Part shown: positions 1-7,978 of the stretch, piece by piece
Layout: the number at the start of each line of letters is the position of its first letter
Position numbering within the stretch: position 1 is the first letter of the stretch
Made by a program: the position numbers and the translations under genes
The notes under the pieces: model-generated
The model's input: the letters and a program-made list of their open reading frames with translations, nothing else
Databases searched by the model: none
Told to the model about the DNA's origin: nothing
Origin: Desulfobacterales bacterium
Lineage (GTDB): Bacteria; Desulfobacterota; Desulfobacteria; Desulfobacterales; SpSt-501
Assembly: GCA_037481615.1 (NCBI GenBank)
Contig: JBBFLI010000014.1
Reading direction: 5' to 3' (one strand)
DNA length: 64,000 nucleotides

Positions 1-389
1 TTGCGGTAGACCGCCTCCTTCTCCGCGTCCTTGAGCTTTTGGATGATCACTTGCTTGGCGGACTGGGCGGCGATGCGGCCGAAGGTCGCCGTGTCCATCT
101 TCGTGCCGAGGCTGTCGCCGATTTCGCACTCCTCGTCGAGCAGGCGCCCCTCCTCCAGGCTGATCTGCAGCATGGGGTTTTCGACGGTCTCGGTGACTTC
201 CTTGAACTGGAACACCTCGAGTTCGCCGGTCTCCTCGTTGTAGCGGACCTCGATGTCGATCTGCGGCCCGTATTTCTTGCGCGCGGCGGATTTGAGGGCT
301 TCTTCGAGCGCCTCGATCAGCACCTTGCGGTCGATGCCCTTGTCGCGGCTGACCTGGTCGATGACCCGTTTGATTTCCGTCATCAGCAT
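1..389 (-). CDS. nusA: Transcription termination/antitermination factor NusA, N-terminal part (gene runs off window start)
   Basis: Hand translation of minus strand from ATG at 389-387: MLMTEIKRVIDQVSRDKGIDRKVLIEALEEALKSAARKKYGPQIDIEVRYNEETGELEVFQFKEV...FGRIAAQSAKQVIIQKLKDAEKEAVYR, a typical NusA N-terminal domain. Lies directly after rimP. Absent from the ORF track because there is no stop in the window. Confidence 0.9.
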   Translation of the reverse strand, partial: MLMTEIKRVIDQVSRDKGIDRKVLIEALEEALKSAARKKYGPQIDIEVRYNEETGELEVFQFKEVTETVENPMLQISLEEGRLLDEECEIGDSLGTKMDTATFGRIAAQSAKQVIIQKLKDAEKEAVYR

Positions 390-997
390 GGAGCGTCTCC
401 TCGGTGAGTGCGGAGTGCGCCGCCGGCGGAGGCGGGGGGCTCCGGATCGACGAGATGGGCTTTGGCGATCGCCTCGAGCGGGAACCCCCGCATCCCGCCG
501 TCCGCCTCGAGGCGGACGGCCCCCTCGGGGGAGAGCCCCGCCAGGGTGCCGCTGAAGGTGCGCCGGCCGTCGAGAGGTCGGCGGAGCTGGATGCGGGCGC
601 GTCGGCCCCGGAATCGTTCGAAGTCCCCGGCCCGGCTCAGACGACGCTGCGGCCCGGGCGAAGAGACCTCGAGCCGGTAAGCGGGCATCCCGGGCAGGGA
701 GACGTCGAGCAGGTCGCCCAGTTCGCGGCTGACGGCGGCGCAATCCTCGAGGGTGACCCCGCCCGGCTTGTCGAGGGTGACGCGCAGCAGGCGTCCTCCG
801 GGGGAGCGCAGGCACTCGACATGGACGAGTTCGAGGCCTTGCGTTTCGCAGAGCGGTTCGGCCACGGCCCACACCTGGCCGGCGAGCGCTTCCCCCCAGG
901 GAAGCGACCTCGTTCCGACCGGCCCTTCGGAGAGGCGAAGGGCCCGGCCGCCCGCGGGCGGTTTGCGGAGCACGGCGTCGCGTTTTCGATCCTTCAT
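383..997 (-). CDS. rimP: Ribosome maturation factor RimP
   Basis: ORF-track 204 aa. Core LELVHVECLRSPGGRLLRVTLDKPGGVTLEDCAAVSRELGDLLD...YRLEVSSPGPQRRL matches the RimP family. Its stop overlaps the nusA start. The true start may be downstream of 997, because a terminator hairpin sits at 1001-1028. Confidence 0.85.
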   Translation of the reverse strand: MKDRKRDAVLRKPPAGGRALRLSEGPVGTRSLPWGEALAGQVWAVAEPLCETQGLELVHVECLRSPGGRLLRVTLDKPGGVTLEDCAAVSRELGDLLDVSLPGMPAYRLEVSSPGPQRRLSRAGDFERFRGRRARIQLRRPLDGRRTFSGTLAGLSPEGAVRLEADGGMRGFPLEAIAKAHLVDPEPPASAGGALRTHRGDAPC

Positions 998-1000
998 GGA

Positions 1001-1028
1001 AATAAAAAACGGGCAAGATGCCCGTTTT
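1001..1028 (-). terminator. Hairpin plus U-tract between tRNA-Gly and rimP (minus-strand orientation)
   Basis: Stem acgggca/tgcccgt (1009-1015 / 1019-1025) with a 3-nt loop. On the minus strand it is followed by TTTTTTATT (complement of 1001-1009). Confidence 0.5.
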
Positions 1029-1155
1029 CTCCCGTCTGGGTGGAACGCCTGCGCTGGATCGGAAAGGTTATCCGGTCATGGAGTCATTGGGGTTCCCTGG
1101 CATCCGCGTCGCACAACGCCCCTACCCAAACCGCTCGAGCAAACGGCGAAAAGGA

Positions 1156-1231
1156 TGGAGCGGGCAACGAGATTCGAACTCGCGACACCAAGCTTGGGAA
1201 GCTTGTACTCTACCAGCTGAGCTATGCCCGC
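1156..1231 (-). tRNA. tRNA-Gly (anticodon CCC)
   Basis: Reverse complement GCGGGCATAGCTCAGCTGGTAGAGTACAAGCTTCCCAAGCTTGGTGTCGCGAGTTCGAATCTCGTTGCCCGCTCCA folds as a cloverleaf. Anticodon loop is TTCCCAA, the T-loop is TTCGAAT, and CCA is encoded. Confidence 0.95.
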
Positions 1232-1270
1232 TCATCCGGATCGGGTTTTTACTTCAAGCGCTCCGGCTTG

Positions 1271-1732
1271 TCAACAGGATTTTGCAGGAGCGGCCGCTCC
1301 GCCGGGTCCGACGGGGGGGGTGGGGGCCGGGGGATCGTCCAGCAGGCGGCGCAGGCCGAGCAACTCGGCGCGGATTTCCTCGAGAAGCGCTTCGGAATCG
1401 GCTGCGGATTGGGGCTCTTCCTCCTTCCCCCGCCCGCGAAGGGCGCGCCGCGCGCCCTCGAGGGTGTAGCGCCGTCGGTAGAGCAGGTCTTTCAACTCGA
1501 GGATCCGTTCCAGATCGCGGCGGCTGTAGCGTCGTCGGCCGGAGGGGGTGCGCTGAGGTGCGATCTGGGGGATCGCGGTTTCCCAGAAACGCAGCACATG
1601 AGGCGGCACCCGGGCGATGCGGCTCGCCTCGCCGATGCCGAAGTAGAGCTTGTCGGGGATTTGCACGCCCGATGCGGGCGGCCGCGGTTTCATGCACCCC
1701 TTCCCCAGCGGCCCGCGCGGCGCCTCGCTCAT
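1271..1732 (-). CDS. MerR-family transcriptional regulator (HTH only, short coiled-coil tail)
   Basis: ORF-track 153 aa. YFGIGEASRIARVPPHVLRFWETAIPQIAPQRTPSGRRRYSRRDLERILELKDLLY is a MerR-type wHTH. The start ATG overlaps the pheT stop (ATGA at 1729-1732). Confidence 0.8.
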   Translation of the reverse strand: MSEAPRGPLGKGCMKPRPPASGVQIPDKLYFGIGEASRIARVPPHVLRFWETAIPQIAPQRTPSGRRRYSRRDLERILELKDLLYRRRYTLEGARRALRGRGKEEEPQSAADSEALLEEIRAELLGLRRLLDDPPAPTPPVGPGGAAAPAKSC

Positions 1733-4149
1733 CCCGGCAGCCGGCCCCCGAAGCGCGCGAGTACGCGGGCGGTCATCTCGGCATGGGCCGCGTTGACGGC
1801 GGAATCCTCCAGCGTGCGTTCCCCGGAGCGGTAGCTGAGACGGAAGGTGAGGCTGCGCTCCCCCGCCGGGATCGGGGGCCCGCTGAAGACGTCGATCAGC
1901 CCCGCCTGTTCCAACCAGGCCGGGGCGGCCTCGCGGATCGCCTCGAGCACCGCCTGCGCCTCGATGCCCGCATCCAGGATCACCGTCAGGTCGCGCACCG
2001 CCGCCGGGAAGCGCAGCACGGGCTGGCGGTGCCGGAGCCCGCCGACGCGGCGTTCGAGGGCCTCGAGGTCGAGTTCGAAGACGAAAGCCTCCTGCTTCAG
2101 ATCGAAAGCCGAGCGGACCCGGGGGTGGATTTCGCCCACGAAGCCGAGCACCTCGCCCGCGGCGAGGATCCGGGCCGAGCGGCCCGGCCGCGTGGCGTCA
2201 CAGGCGGCGTCGGCGAGCGCGGCGAAGCGGACCTCGGGGGCATGGAGGGCATCGAGCAGGGCCTCGAGGGTCCCTTTGAGGTCGTAGAAATCGCAAGGGG
2301 TTTCCCGCTCGTGCCAGGAGAGGATCGCGCGCGGCCCGCTCCACAGGCCGGCCAACCGTTCGGGCTCGGCGGGCAGCTCGGCCCCCTGCCGCGGCAGGAA
2401 GACCTTGCCCACCTCGAAGATCTTGACCCGACGGGTCTGCTGGTCGAGGTTGAAACGCAGCGTGTGGAGCAGCCCCGGAAGGAGACTCGTCCGCAGCACC
2501 GACTGGTCTTCGGCGATCGGGTTGAGGAGCGCGACGGGGAGGCGGCGCGGGTCGTCGGCGGAGAGCCGCAGGCGCTCGCCGTCGCGGAGGTCGATGAAAC
2601 TGTAGGTGATCACCTCGGTGAAGCCCAGCCCGTTCAGGACGTCGCGCAGCCGCCGACGCAGCTCCTCGCGCGCGAAGGGCCGCACTCCGGCGGCGGGAAG
2701 GGCCGGAACGGTGACCGGGATCTCGTCGAAGCCGGCCAGCCGGGCGATTTCCTCGGCCAGGTCCTCCGGGCGGGAGACGTCGGGCCGGAAGGGGGGCGGG
2801 GTCACCCGCAGTTCCCGGCGGGACGCTCCGGGGGCGACCTCGAAGCCGATGGAGCGCAGCAGGCGGCGGATCCGGGCTTTGGGGAACGCCACACCCAGGA
2901 AGCGGGCCGTGCGCTCGAGATCGAGCCGAATCGGCTGCGGCGTCCAGGGGCGCGGGTGGGCGTCGATCACCCCCCGGGCGACCCGGCCGCCGGCGATCTC
3001 GGCCATGAGCTGGGCGGCCCGGTCGGCGGCGCGGACCGTTCCCGTGGGGTCGACGCCCTTTTCGAAGCGCCGCGAAGCCTCGGTCGGCAAGCCGAGCCGC
3101 TTCGCGGTGCGACGGACGCTGCCGGCCTCGAAGCAGGCGCTCTCGATCAGCACGCGGGTCGTCTCGCCGCGGATCTCGGAGTCGAGCCCGCCCATGACCC
3201 CGGCCACGGCCACCGGCCCGCGGCCGTCGCAGATGAGCAGCATGCCCTCCTCGAGCGTGCGCCCCCGGCCGTCGAGGGTGACGAAACGCTCGCCGGCCCG
3301 CGCCGTGCGCACGACGATCCGACGGTCCGCGAGGCGGTCGAGGTCGAAGGCGTGCAGCGGCTGCCCGCATTCGAGCATCACGAAGTTCGTCACGTCGACG
3401 ATGTTGTTGATCGGCCGCATGCCGACCGAGAGCAGCCGATCCTGCAGCCAGAAGGGCGAGGGCCCGATCGTCACCCCTTCGACCACGCGGGCGACGTAGC
3501 GCGGGCAGGCTTCCGGGGCCTCGATCGCGACGGCGGCCCGTTCCGCGACCGGGGGGCCGTTCTCGACGAGGCGCACGCGGGGGAGCCGCAGGCGGGTTCC
3601 CTGGAGGGCCGCCACCTCGCGCGCCACCCCGATCAGGCTGAGGCAGTCCCCCCGGTTCGGGGTGAGGTCGAGTTCGAGGACGGGATCCGAGAGCCCGAGC
3701 GCGCGGTGGAGCGCCTCGCCCACGGGCAGGCCCGCGGGCAGCTCGAGCAAACCGCCGCGGTCGGCGCCGAGGCCGAGCTCGCCCGCGCTGCAAAGCATGC
3801 CCTCGGAGGGCACCCCGCGCACCGCGGTCTCCGCAACCGACGTTCCGTCGGGGAGAACGGCCCCCGGCAGGGCCGCCGGAACGAGCAGGCCGACGCGGAG
3901 GTCGGGGGCGCCGCAGACGATGGAGCGCGGCCGCTCCTCCCCGGTTTCGACCCGGCAGACGGTGAGCCGGGGGGCGTTCGGGTGCGGGGCGAGCCCGACG
4001 ATGCGGCCGACCCGCACGCCCTCGAGATAGCGAAAGCGGTCGACGACCGCATCCACGGCGATGCCGGCGCGGGTCAAGGCCTCGGCGATCTCCGAGGGCG
4101 ATCGGCGGATCGCGGTGTATTGAGAAAGCCAGCTCAGGCTGATTTTCAT
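1729..4149 (-). CDS. pheT: Phenylalanine--tRNA ligase beta subunit
   Basis: 806-aa ORF. N-terminus MKISLSWLSQY..., followed by tRNA-binding, B3/4, B5 and FDX-ACB-like regions. Immediately downstream of pheS. Confidence 0.95.
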   Translation of the reverse strand: MKISLSWLSQYTAIRRSPSEIAEALTRAGIAVDAVVDRFRYLEGVRVGRIVGLAPHPNAPRLTVCRVETGEERPRSIVCGAPDLRVGLLVPAALPGAVLPDGTSVAETAVRGVPSEGMLCSAGELGLGADRGGLLELPAGLPVGEALHRALGLSDPVLELDLTPNRGDCLSLIGVAREVAALQGTRLRLPRVRLVENGPPVAERAAVAIEAPEACPRYVARVVEGVTIGPSPFWLQDRLLSVGMRPINNIVDVTNFVMLECGQPLHAFDLDRLADRRIVVRTARAGERFVTLDGRGRTLEEGMLLICDGRGPVAVAGVMGGLDSEIRGETTRVLIESACFEAGSVRRTAKRLGLPTEASRRFEKGVDPTGTVRAADRAAQLMAEIAGGRVARGVIDAHPRPWTPQPIRLDLERTARFLGVAFPKARIRRLLRSIGFEVAPGASRRELRVTPPPFRPDVSRPEDLAEEIARLAGFDEIPVTVPALPAAGVRPFAREELRRRLRDVLNGLGFTEVITYSFIDLRDGERLRLSADDPRRLPVALLNPIAEDQSVLRTSLLPGLLHTLRFNLDQQTRRVKIFEVGKVFLPRQGAELPAEPERLAGLWSGPRAILSWHERETPCDFYDLKGTLEALLDALHAPEVRFAALADAACDATRPGRSARILAAGEVLGFVGEIHPRVRSAFDLKQEAFVFELDLEALERRVGGLRHRQPVLRFPAAVRDLTVILDAGIEAQAVLEAIREAAPAWLEQAGLIDVFSGPPIPAGERSLTFRLSYRSGERTLEDSAVNAAHAEMTARVLARFGGRLPG

Positions 4150-4168
4150 GTCGCGCAGGCCCCCGCGG

Positions 4169-5176
4169 TCAGAATTGCGCGAGAAAGCGGAGGTCGTTTT
4201 CGAAGAACCGGCGCAGATCGTCGATTCCGTATTTGAGCATCGCCACCCGCTCCACCCCTAAACCGAACGCGAAACCGGAGTAACGTCCGGGGTCGTAGCC
4301 CACGTTCTCGAAGACCGCCGGGTGCACCATCCCCGAACCCAGGATCTCCAGCCAGCCGGTTTCCTTGCAGACGCGGCATCCCCGGCCGCGGCAGATCACG
4401 CAGCGGATGTCCACCTCGGCGCTCGGCTCGGTGAAGGGGAAGAAACTCGGCCGGAAGCGCAGGGCCGTCTGCTCGTCGAACATGCGCTGGACGAAGGCCG
4501 TGAGGGTCCCCTTGAGGTCGCCGAAGGAGACCGATTCGTCCACCCAGAGCCCCTCGACCTGGTGGAACATGGGGGTGTGCGTCTGGTCGGAATCACGGCG
4601 GAAGACCCGGCCCGGCGCGATCACCCGCACGGGCGGCCGGCGCCGCTCCATCGTGCGGACCTGCAGCGGCGAGGTGTGCGTGCGCAGAACGACGTCGGCG
4701 GAGACGAAGAACGTGTCCTGCATGTCGCGGGCGGGGTGGTTCTTGGGGATGTTCAGGGCCTCGAAGTTGTAGTAATCCTTCTCGACCTCGGGGCCCTCCA
4801 CGCGCTCGAAGCCCATCTGCGAGAAGATGGCGCAGATCTCCTCGGTGACCCGGGTGATCGGGTGCAGCCGCCCGCGCGGCTCCATCCGGCCCGGCAGCGT
4901 GACGTCGATGCGATCCGCGGGCCGGGCCGTCTCCTCGCAGTCGCGGAGCGCGGATTCGAGCGCGGAGGAGAGGCGATCCTTGACGCGGTTCGCCTCCCGG
5001 CCCGCCTCGGGGCGCCTCTCCGGGGGGAGTGCCGCGATCGAGCGCAGGATCTGCGTGAGGAGCCCTTTTCTCCCCAGCACGCGGACCTGCAGCGCCTGCA
5101 GGGCTTGCCGGTCGCCGCGGGCGGCCTCGATCTCCCGCAACGTTTCGTCCTCGATCTGTCGCAGCTCGGCGTCCAA
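4169..5176 (-). CDS. pheS: Phenylalanine--tRNA ligase alpha subunit
   Basis: 335-aa ORF with class II aaRS motifs ([55 protein letters not shown]). Confidence 0.95.
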   Translation of the reverse strand: MDAELRQIEDETLREIEAARGDRQALQALQVRVLGRKGLLTQILRSIAALPPERRPEAGREANRVKDRLSSALESALRDCEETARPADRIDVTLPGRMEPRGRLHPITRVTEEICAIFSQMGFERVEGPEVEKDYYNFEALNIPKNHPARDMQDTFFVSADVVLRTHTSPLQVRTMERRRPPVRVIAPGRVFRRDSDQTHTPMFHQVEGLWVDESVSFGDLKGTLTAFVQRMFDEQTALRFRPSFFPFTEPSAEVDIRCVICRGRGCRVCKETGWLEILGSGMVHPAVFENVGYDPGRYSGFAFGLGVERVAMLKYGIDDLRRFFENDLRFLAQF

Positions 5177-5238
5177 CCGCTCTTCTCCTCCCCGCGGCCC
5201 CCTTCCGGCTCCCGACCCCCGTCAAGGAGAGGGAGGGG

Positions 5239-5589
5239 TCAGGCCTGCGGCGCGGCGATCCGGACGAGCTGCGCGAACCCGGAGGGGTCCGACACGGCGA
5301 GATCGGCCAGGACCTTGCGGTCGAGGGCGACGCCGGCCCGCTTCAGCCCGTGGATGAAGCGGCTGTAGGAGAGATCGTGCATTCGTACGGCCGCGTTGAG
5401 GCGGACGATCCACAACGACCGCAGGTCGCGCTTGCGGACCTTGCGGTCCCGGTAGGCGTAGCGCAGGGCGCGATCGACGGTCCCCGCCGCCGAACGGAAC
5501 AGCTTGCTGCGGGCGCCGCGGTAGCCCTTGGCGAGCTTGAGGACCTTCTGGCGCCGGTGCCTGGCCTTGAAACCGCGTTTGACTCGCAT
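5239..5589 (-). CDS. rplT: 50S ribosomal protein L20
   Basis: 116 aa, [32 protein letters not shown]... is a canonical L20. Confidence 0.95.
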   Translation of the reverse strand: MRVKRGFKARHRRQKVLKLAKGYRGARSKLFRSAAGTVDRALRYAYRDRKVRKRDLRSLWIVRLNAAVRMHDLSYSRFIHGLKRAGVALDRKVLADLAVSDPSGFAQLVRIAAPQA

Positions 5590-5641
5590 GACCCGATTCC
5601 TTTCCCGAAATTCCCGACCCGTCCGCGAAGCGAGCCGCGCC

Positions 5642-5845
5642 TCAGCCGTTCGGCAGAAGCAGCCGGAGGGCGCGCAGGTTGCTGCGGTGCACGACGGGGT
5701 TCTTGCGCAGGGCGCGCTTGCGCTTGCGGCTCTTCGTGCTCAGGATGTGGCTGCCGAACGACTTGTGGTAGCGGTACTTCCCCGTTCCCGTGCGCTTGAA
5801 GCGTTTGGCGGCGGAGCGGTTGGTCTTGATCTTCATCTTGGGCAT
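5642..5845 (-). CDS. rpmI: 50S ribosomal protein L35
   Basis: Internal ATG of track ORF 5642..5932 gives [44 protein letters not shown]..., a canonical L35. The longer upstream extension has no L35 similarity. Confidence 0.9.
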   Translation of the reverse strand: MPKMKIKTNRSAAKRFKRTGTGKYRYHKSFGSHILSTKSRKRKRALRKNPVVHRSNLRALRLLLPNG

Positions 5846-6012
5846 CGATGGTTCTCCGTCGGGTGAAAGGGTGAACGTCGGTCCGGTCACGTGAAAACAG
5901 ATGGCGCGGGCACGACAACCGGCCCACGCCATCCGGGCTTCTCCCTGAAATCGGGTGCCGTGTTCGGCCTACATGCCGTGGAATCCTCGCCGGTCCGGGA
6001 CGCCGGCCGCCC

Positions 6013-6555
6013 TCATTTCGGGGCGAGCACCATGAAGAGCGTGCGGTTGTCGAACTTCGGCGTCTGCTCGACCGCGGCCACGTCCTCGAGGGAGGCGGCG
6101 ATCTTCTGCAGGAGGTCCATCCCCATCTGCGTGAGGGAGATCTCCCGGCCGCGGAACATCACCGTGACCTTCACCTTGTCCTTCTTCGCCAGGAATTCCC
6201 GGATGCGGCCCGTCTTGACCTCCAGGTCATGCGGGCCGGTCTTGGGCCGCACCTTGATTTCCTTCACCTTGAAGGAGGACTGCTTCTTTTTCGCTTCCTG
6301 TTTCTTCTTGGTCTGCTCGTAGCGGTACCGGCCGTAGTCCATGATCTTGCAGACCGGGGGGTCCGCGTTGGGGGAGACCTCCACCAGATCGAGTCCGAAT
6401 TCGGCCGCCGCCGCGAGCGCCTGCTCGATCGGCAGGATGCCGAGCTGGCGGCCTTCCGGGTCGATGGTCCGCACCTGCCGCGCCCGGATCTCCTGGTTGA
6501 TGCTGGTCCTGTCCCCCGTTCGGGTCGGCCGCATGGGTCGATGGATGAGTGCTAT
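6013..6555 (-). CDS. infC: Translation initiation factor IF-3 (probable non-AUG ATA start)
   Basis: INQEIRARQVRTIDPEGRQLGILPIEQALAAAAEFGLDLVEVSPNADPPVCKIMDYGRYRYEQ...KEIKVRPKTGPHDLEVK... is a canonical IF3. In-frame ATA at 6555-6553 lies 5 nt after GGAGGTG (6567-6561). The first in-frame ATG (6534) has no SD. The 6696 track start adds an Arg/Gly-rich extension unlike IF3. Confidence 0.8.
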   Translation of the reverse strand: MALIHRPMRPTRTGDRTSINQEIRARQVRTIDPEGRQLGILPIEQALAAAAEFGLDLVEVSPNADPPVCKIMDYGRYRYEQTKKKQEAKKKQSSFKVKEIKVRPKTGPHDLEVKTGRIREFLAKKDKVKVTVMFRGREISLTQMGMDLLQKIAASLEDVAAVEQTPKFDNRTLFMVLAPK

Positions 6556-6723
6556 GCCGGCACCTCCTGTGTTTCCGTTCTTCGAACGCGATCGCCGGGC
6601 CCGATCCCCCCCCCGCTTCCTGAGGTTCGGGGGGCTCGATTTCCGGCTCAGCCCTTCCAGCGCATGCCTTCTATCCGACAACGCAAGGAAATGCAAGTAG
6701 AAAATGCGGCAGGCGGGCCGGGG

Positions 6724-7227
6724 CTACTCGGGCTGGGCGAGGATGTGCGCCGCAAGCAGGCTTCCCTGCCAGTAGGCGTTCCCCGGGTCGCGGTAGAACG
6801 CCTGGAGGAGCCGCAGGCTCTCGGCCCGCCGGACCCCCCCCTGGACGCGCAGGGGGCGGTTGCGGTAGAGCGGGGCGAGCCGCGAGCGGTCGAGCGTCGT
6901 CGCCCCCCCCATCACGTCCTCGAAGGCGAAGACGATCTCCCCGACGCCATGGAGGAGCAGGGCCGCGAAGCACATGAGGCAAGGCTCGAGGGTGACAAAG
7001 GCGCGCAGCGGCGCCGAGGCCTCTTCCTTCCCCGAAAGCGCCTGCAGGGCGACCATCTCGGCGTGCCCGAGCTCGCCGCCGCCCGGGGCGCGGCTCCCCC
7101 GGCGGGCGCCGGCGGCGACGATGCCCTCGCCGCGCACGAGGACGCAGCCCACGGGGAATTCGCCTGCGGCGAGCGCCGCCGCGGCCTGCCGCAGCGCCTC
7201 GCCCATGAAACGCTCCTCCGGCGTCAC
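6724..7227 (-). CDS. CMP/dCMP-type zinc deaminase (TadA/nucleoside deaminase-like)
   Basis: C-terminal part of track ORF 6724..8121: EFPVGCVLV...HAEMVAL...TLEPCLMCFAALL has the H-A-E and PCxxC zinc motifs. Candidate GTG start at 7227 overlaps the upstream stop (GTGA). An alternative ATG lies at 7206. Confidence 0.75.
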   Translation of the reverse strand: MTPEERFMGEALRQAAAALAAGEFPVGCVLVRGEGIVAAGARRGSRAPGGGELGHAEMVALQALSGKEEASAPLRAFVTLEPCLMCFAALLLHGVGEIVFAFEDVMGGATTLDRSRLAPLYRNRPLRVQGGVRRAESLRLLQAFYRDPGNAYWQGSLLAAHILAQPE

Positions 7228-7820
7228 GGGGGGTCTCCGCCGCCGCCCGCCCCCGGCGACGGGGCCGGCTCCAGGCGGCAGATCGTGTCGTCGCAGGGGC
7301 AGGCGCCGTCGACCTCGTAGCAGTAGGCGATCCGCGATTCGCGCTCGGCCCGCTCGGGGGAAATCGGCGCGGGGGGCGCGGCCTCGAGGATCCGGGCGAG
7401 TTCGGCCCGCGAGGGGATGGCGGCGAGCCCCCGGCCGAGGAGCCTTCCGGTAGCCCCGTCCAGGATCGCGGCGTCCTCGCCGTTGGTCGCCACCGCGACC
7501 GGCACCTGGAAGGGGCCGACGAGCCGTGAAAAAGAAAGCGCCGGCCGTTCGCGGGAGACGATCGAGCCGGGCCCGAAGCGGATCACCATGGCGGGCCGGT
7601 CGGCGAGCGTGACCAGGAAATCGAGGCGCACGATCGCCCGCCGGTCGCCGGCGCGGAGCCGCACCTCCGCCCGGGGGCGGATCTCCTCCGGGCGGAAGCC
7701 GAGGCGGTCGATCAGAAGGTCTGCGATGCGCTGGCGGTAGCGCTCGTCGAGGGTGTCCTCGAGCGTCTCCCCGGTGATGCGGTCGGTGAGGGTCCCCAGG
7801 ACCAGATGGTGGCCGGCCAT
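7224..7820 (-). CDS. Hypothetical protein, possibly an HsdR_N-like (restriction-endonuclease-like) fold with a C-terminal Cys cluster
   Basis: 198-aa ORF with non-shadow amino-acid composition. Segment RLDFLVTLADRPAMVIRFGP...VPVAVATNGEDAAILD resembles HsdR N-terminal-domain proteins (from memory, not verified). C-terminal CYEVDGACPCDDTIC. Translationally coupled to the deaminase. Confidence 0.45.
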   Translation of the reverse strand: MAGHHLVLGTLTDRITGETLEDTLDERYRQRIADLLIDRLGFRPEEIRPRAEVRLRAGDRRAIVRLDFLVTLADRPAMVIRFGPGSIVSRERPALSFSRLVGPFQVPVAVATNGEDAAILDGATGRLLGRGLAAIPSRAELARILEAAPPAPISPERAERESRIAYCYEVDGACPCDDTICRLEPAPSPGAGGGGDPP

Positions 7821-7875
7821 GGGGACATCCTACCCCAGGAAACGCGCTTTCGGCAACCGCGCCGCGGCGGGGCGC

Positions 7876-7905
7876 TTTACAAGACCCGTCCGCAGCCGTT
7901 AAGAT
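7876..7905 (+). promoter_or_regulatory. Candidate sigma70 promoter for the dGTPase-like/ykgJ operon
   Basis: TTTACA (7876-7881), 18-nt spacer, TAAGAT (7900-7905), about 70 nt upstream of the TTG start at 7979. Confidence 0.4.
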
Positions 7906-7978
7906 CGGGGGTCCATCGTGCGCGCCCCGCCGCCCGGCCCGTCGAGGAGAGGGGGGCGCCGAGGAATCGGGAGCCCCC

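Noticed and set aside
1018-4236. 1072-aa plus-strand ORF covering the pheT region
   Set aside because: It is antisense to a clearly recognisable pheT. The translation is Arg/Gly/Ala/Pro-dominated with no motifs, typical of a high-GC shadow frame lacking stops.
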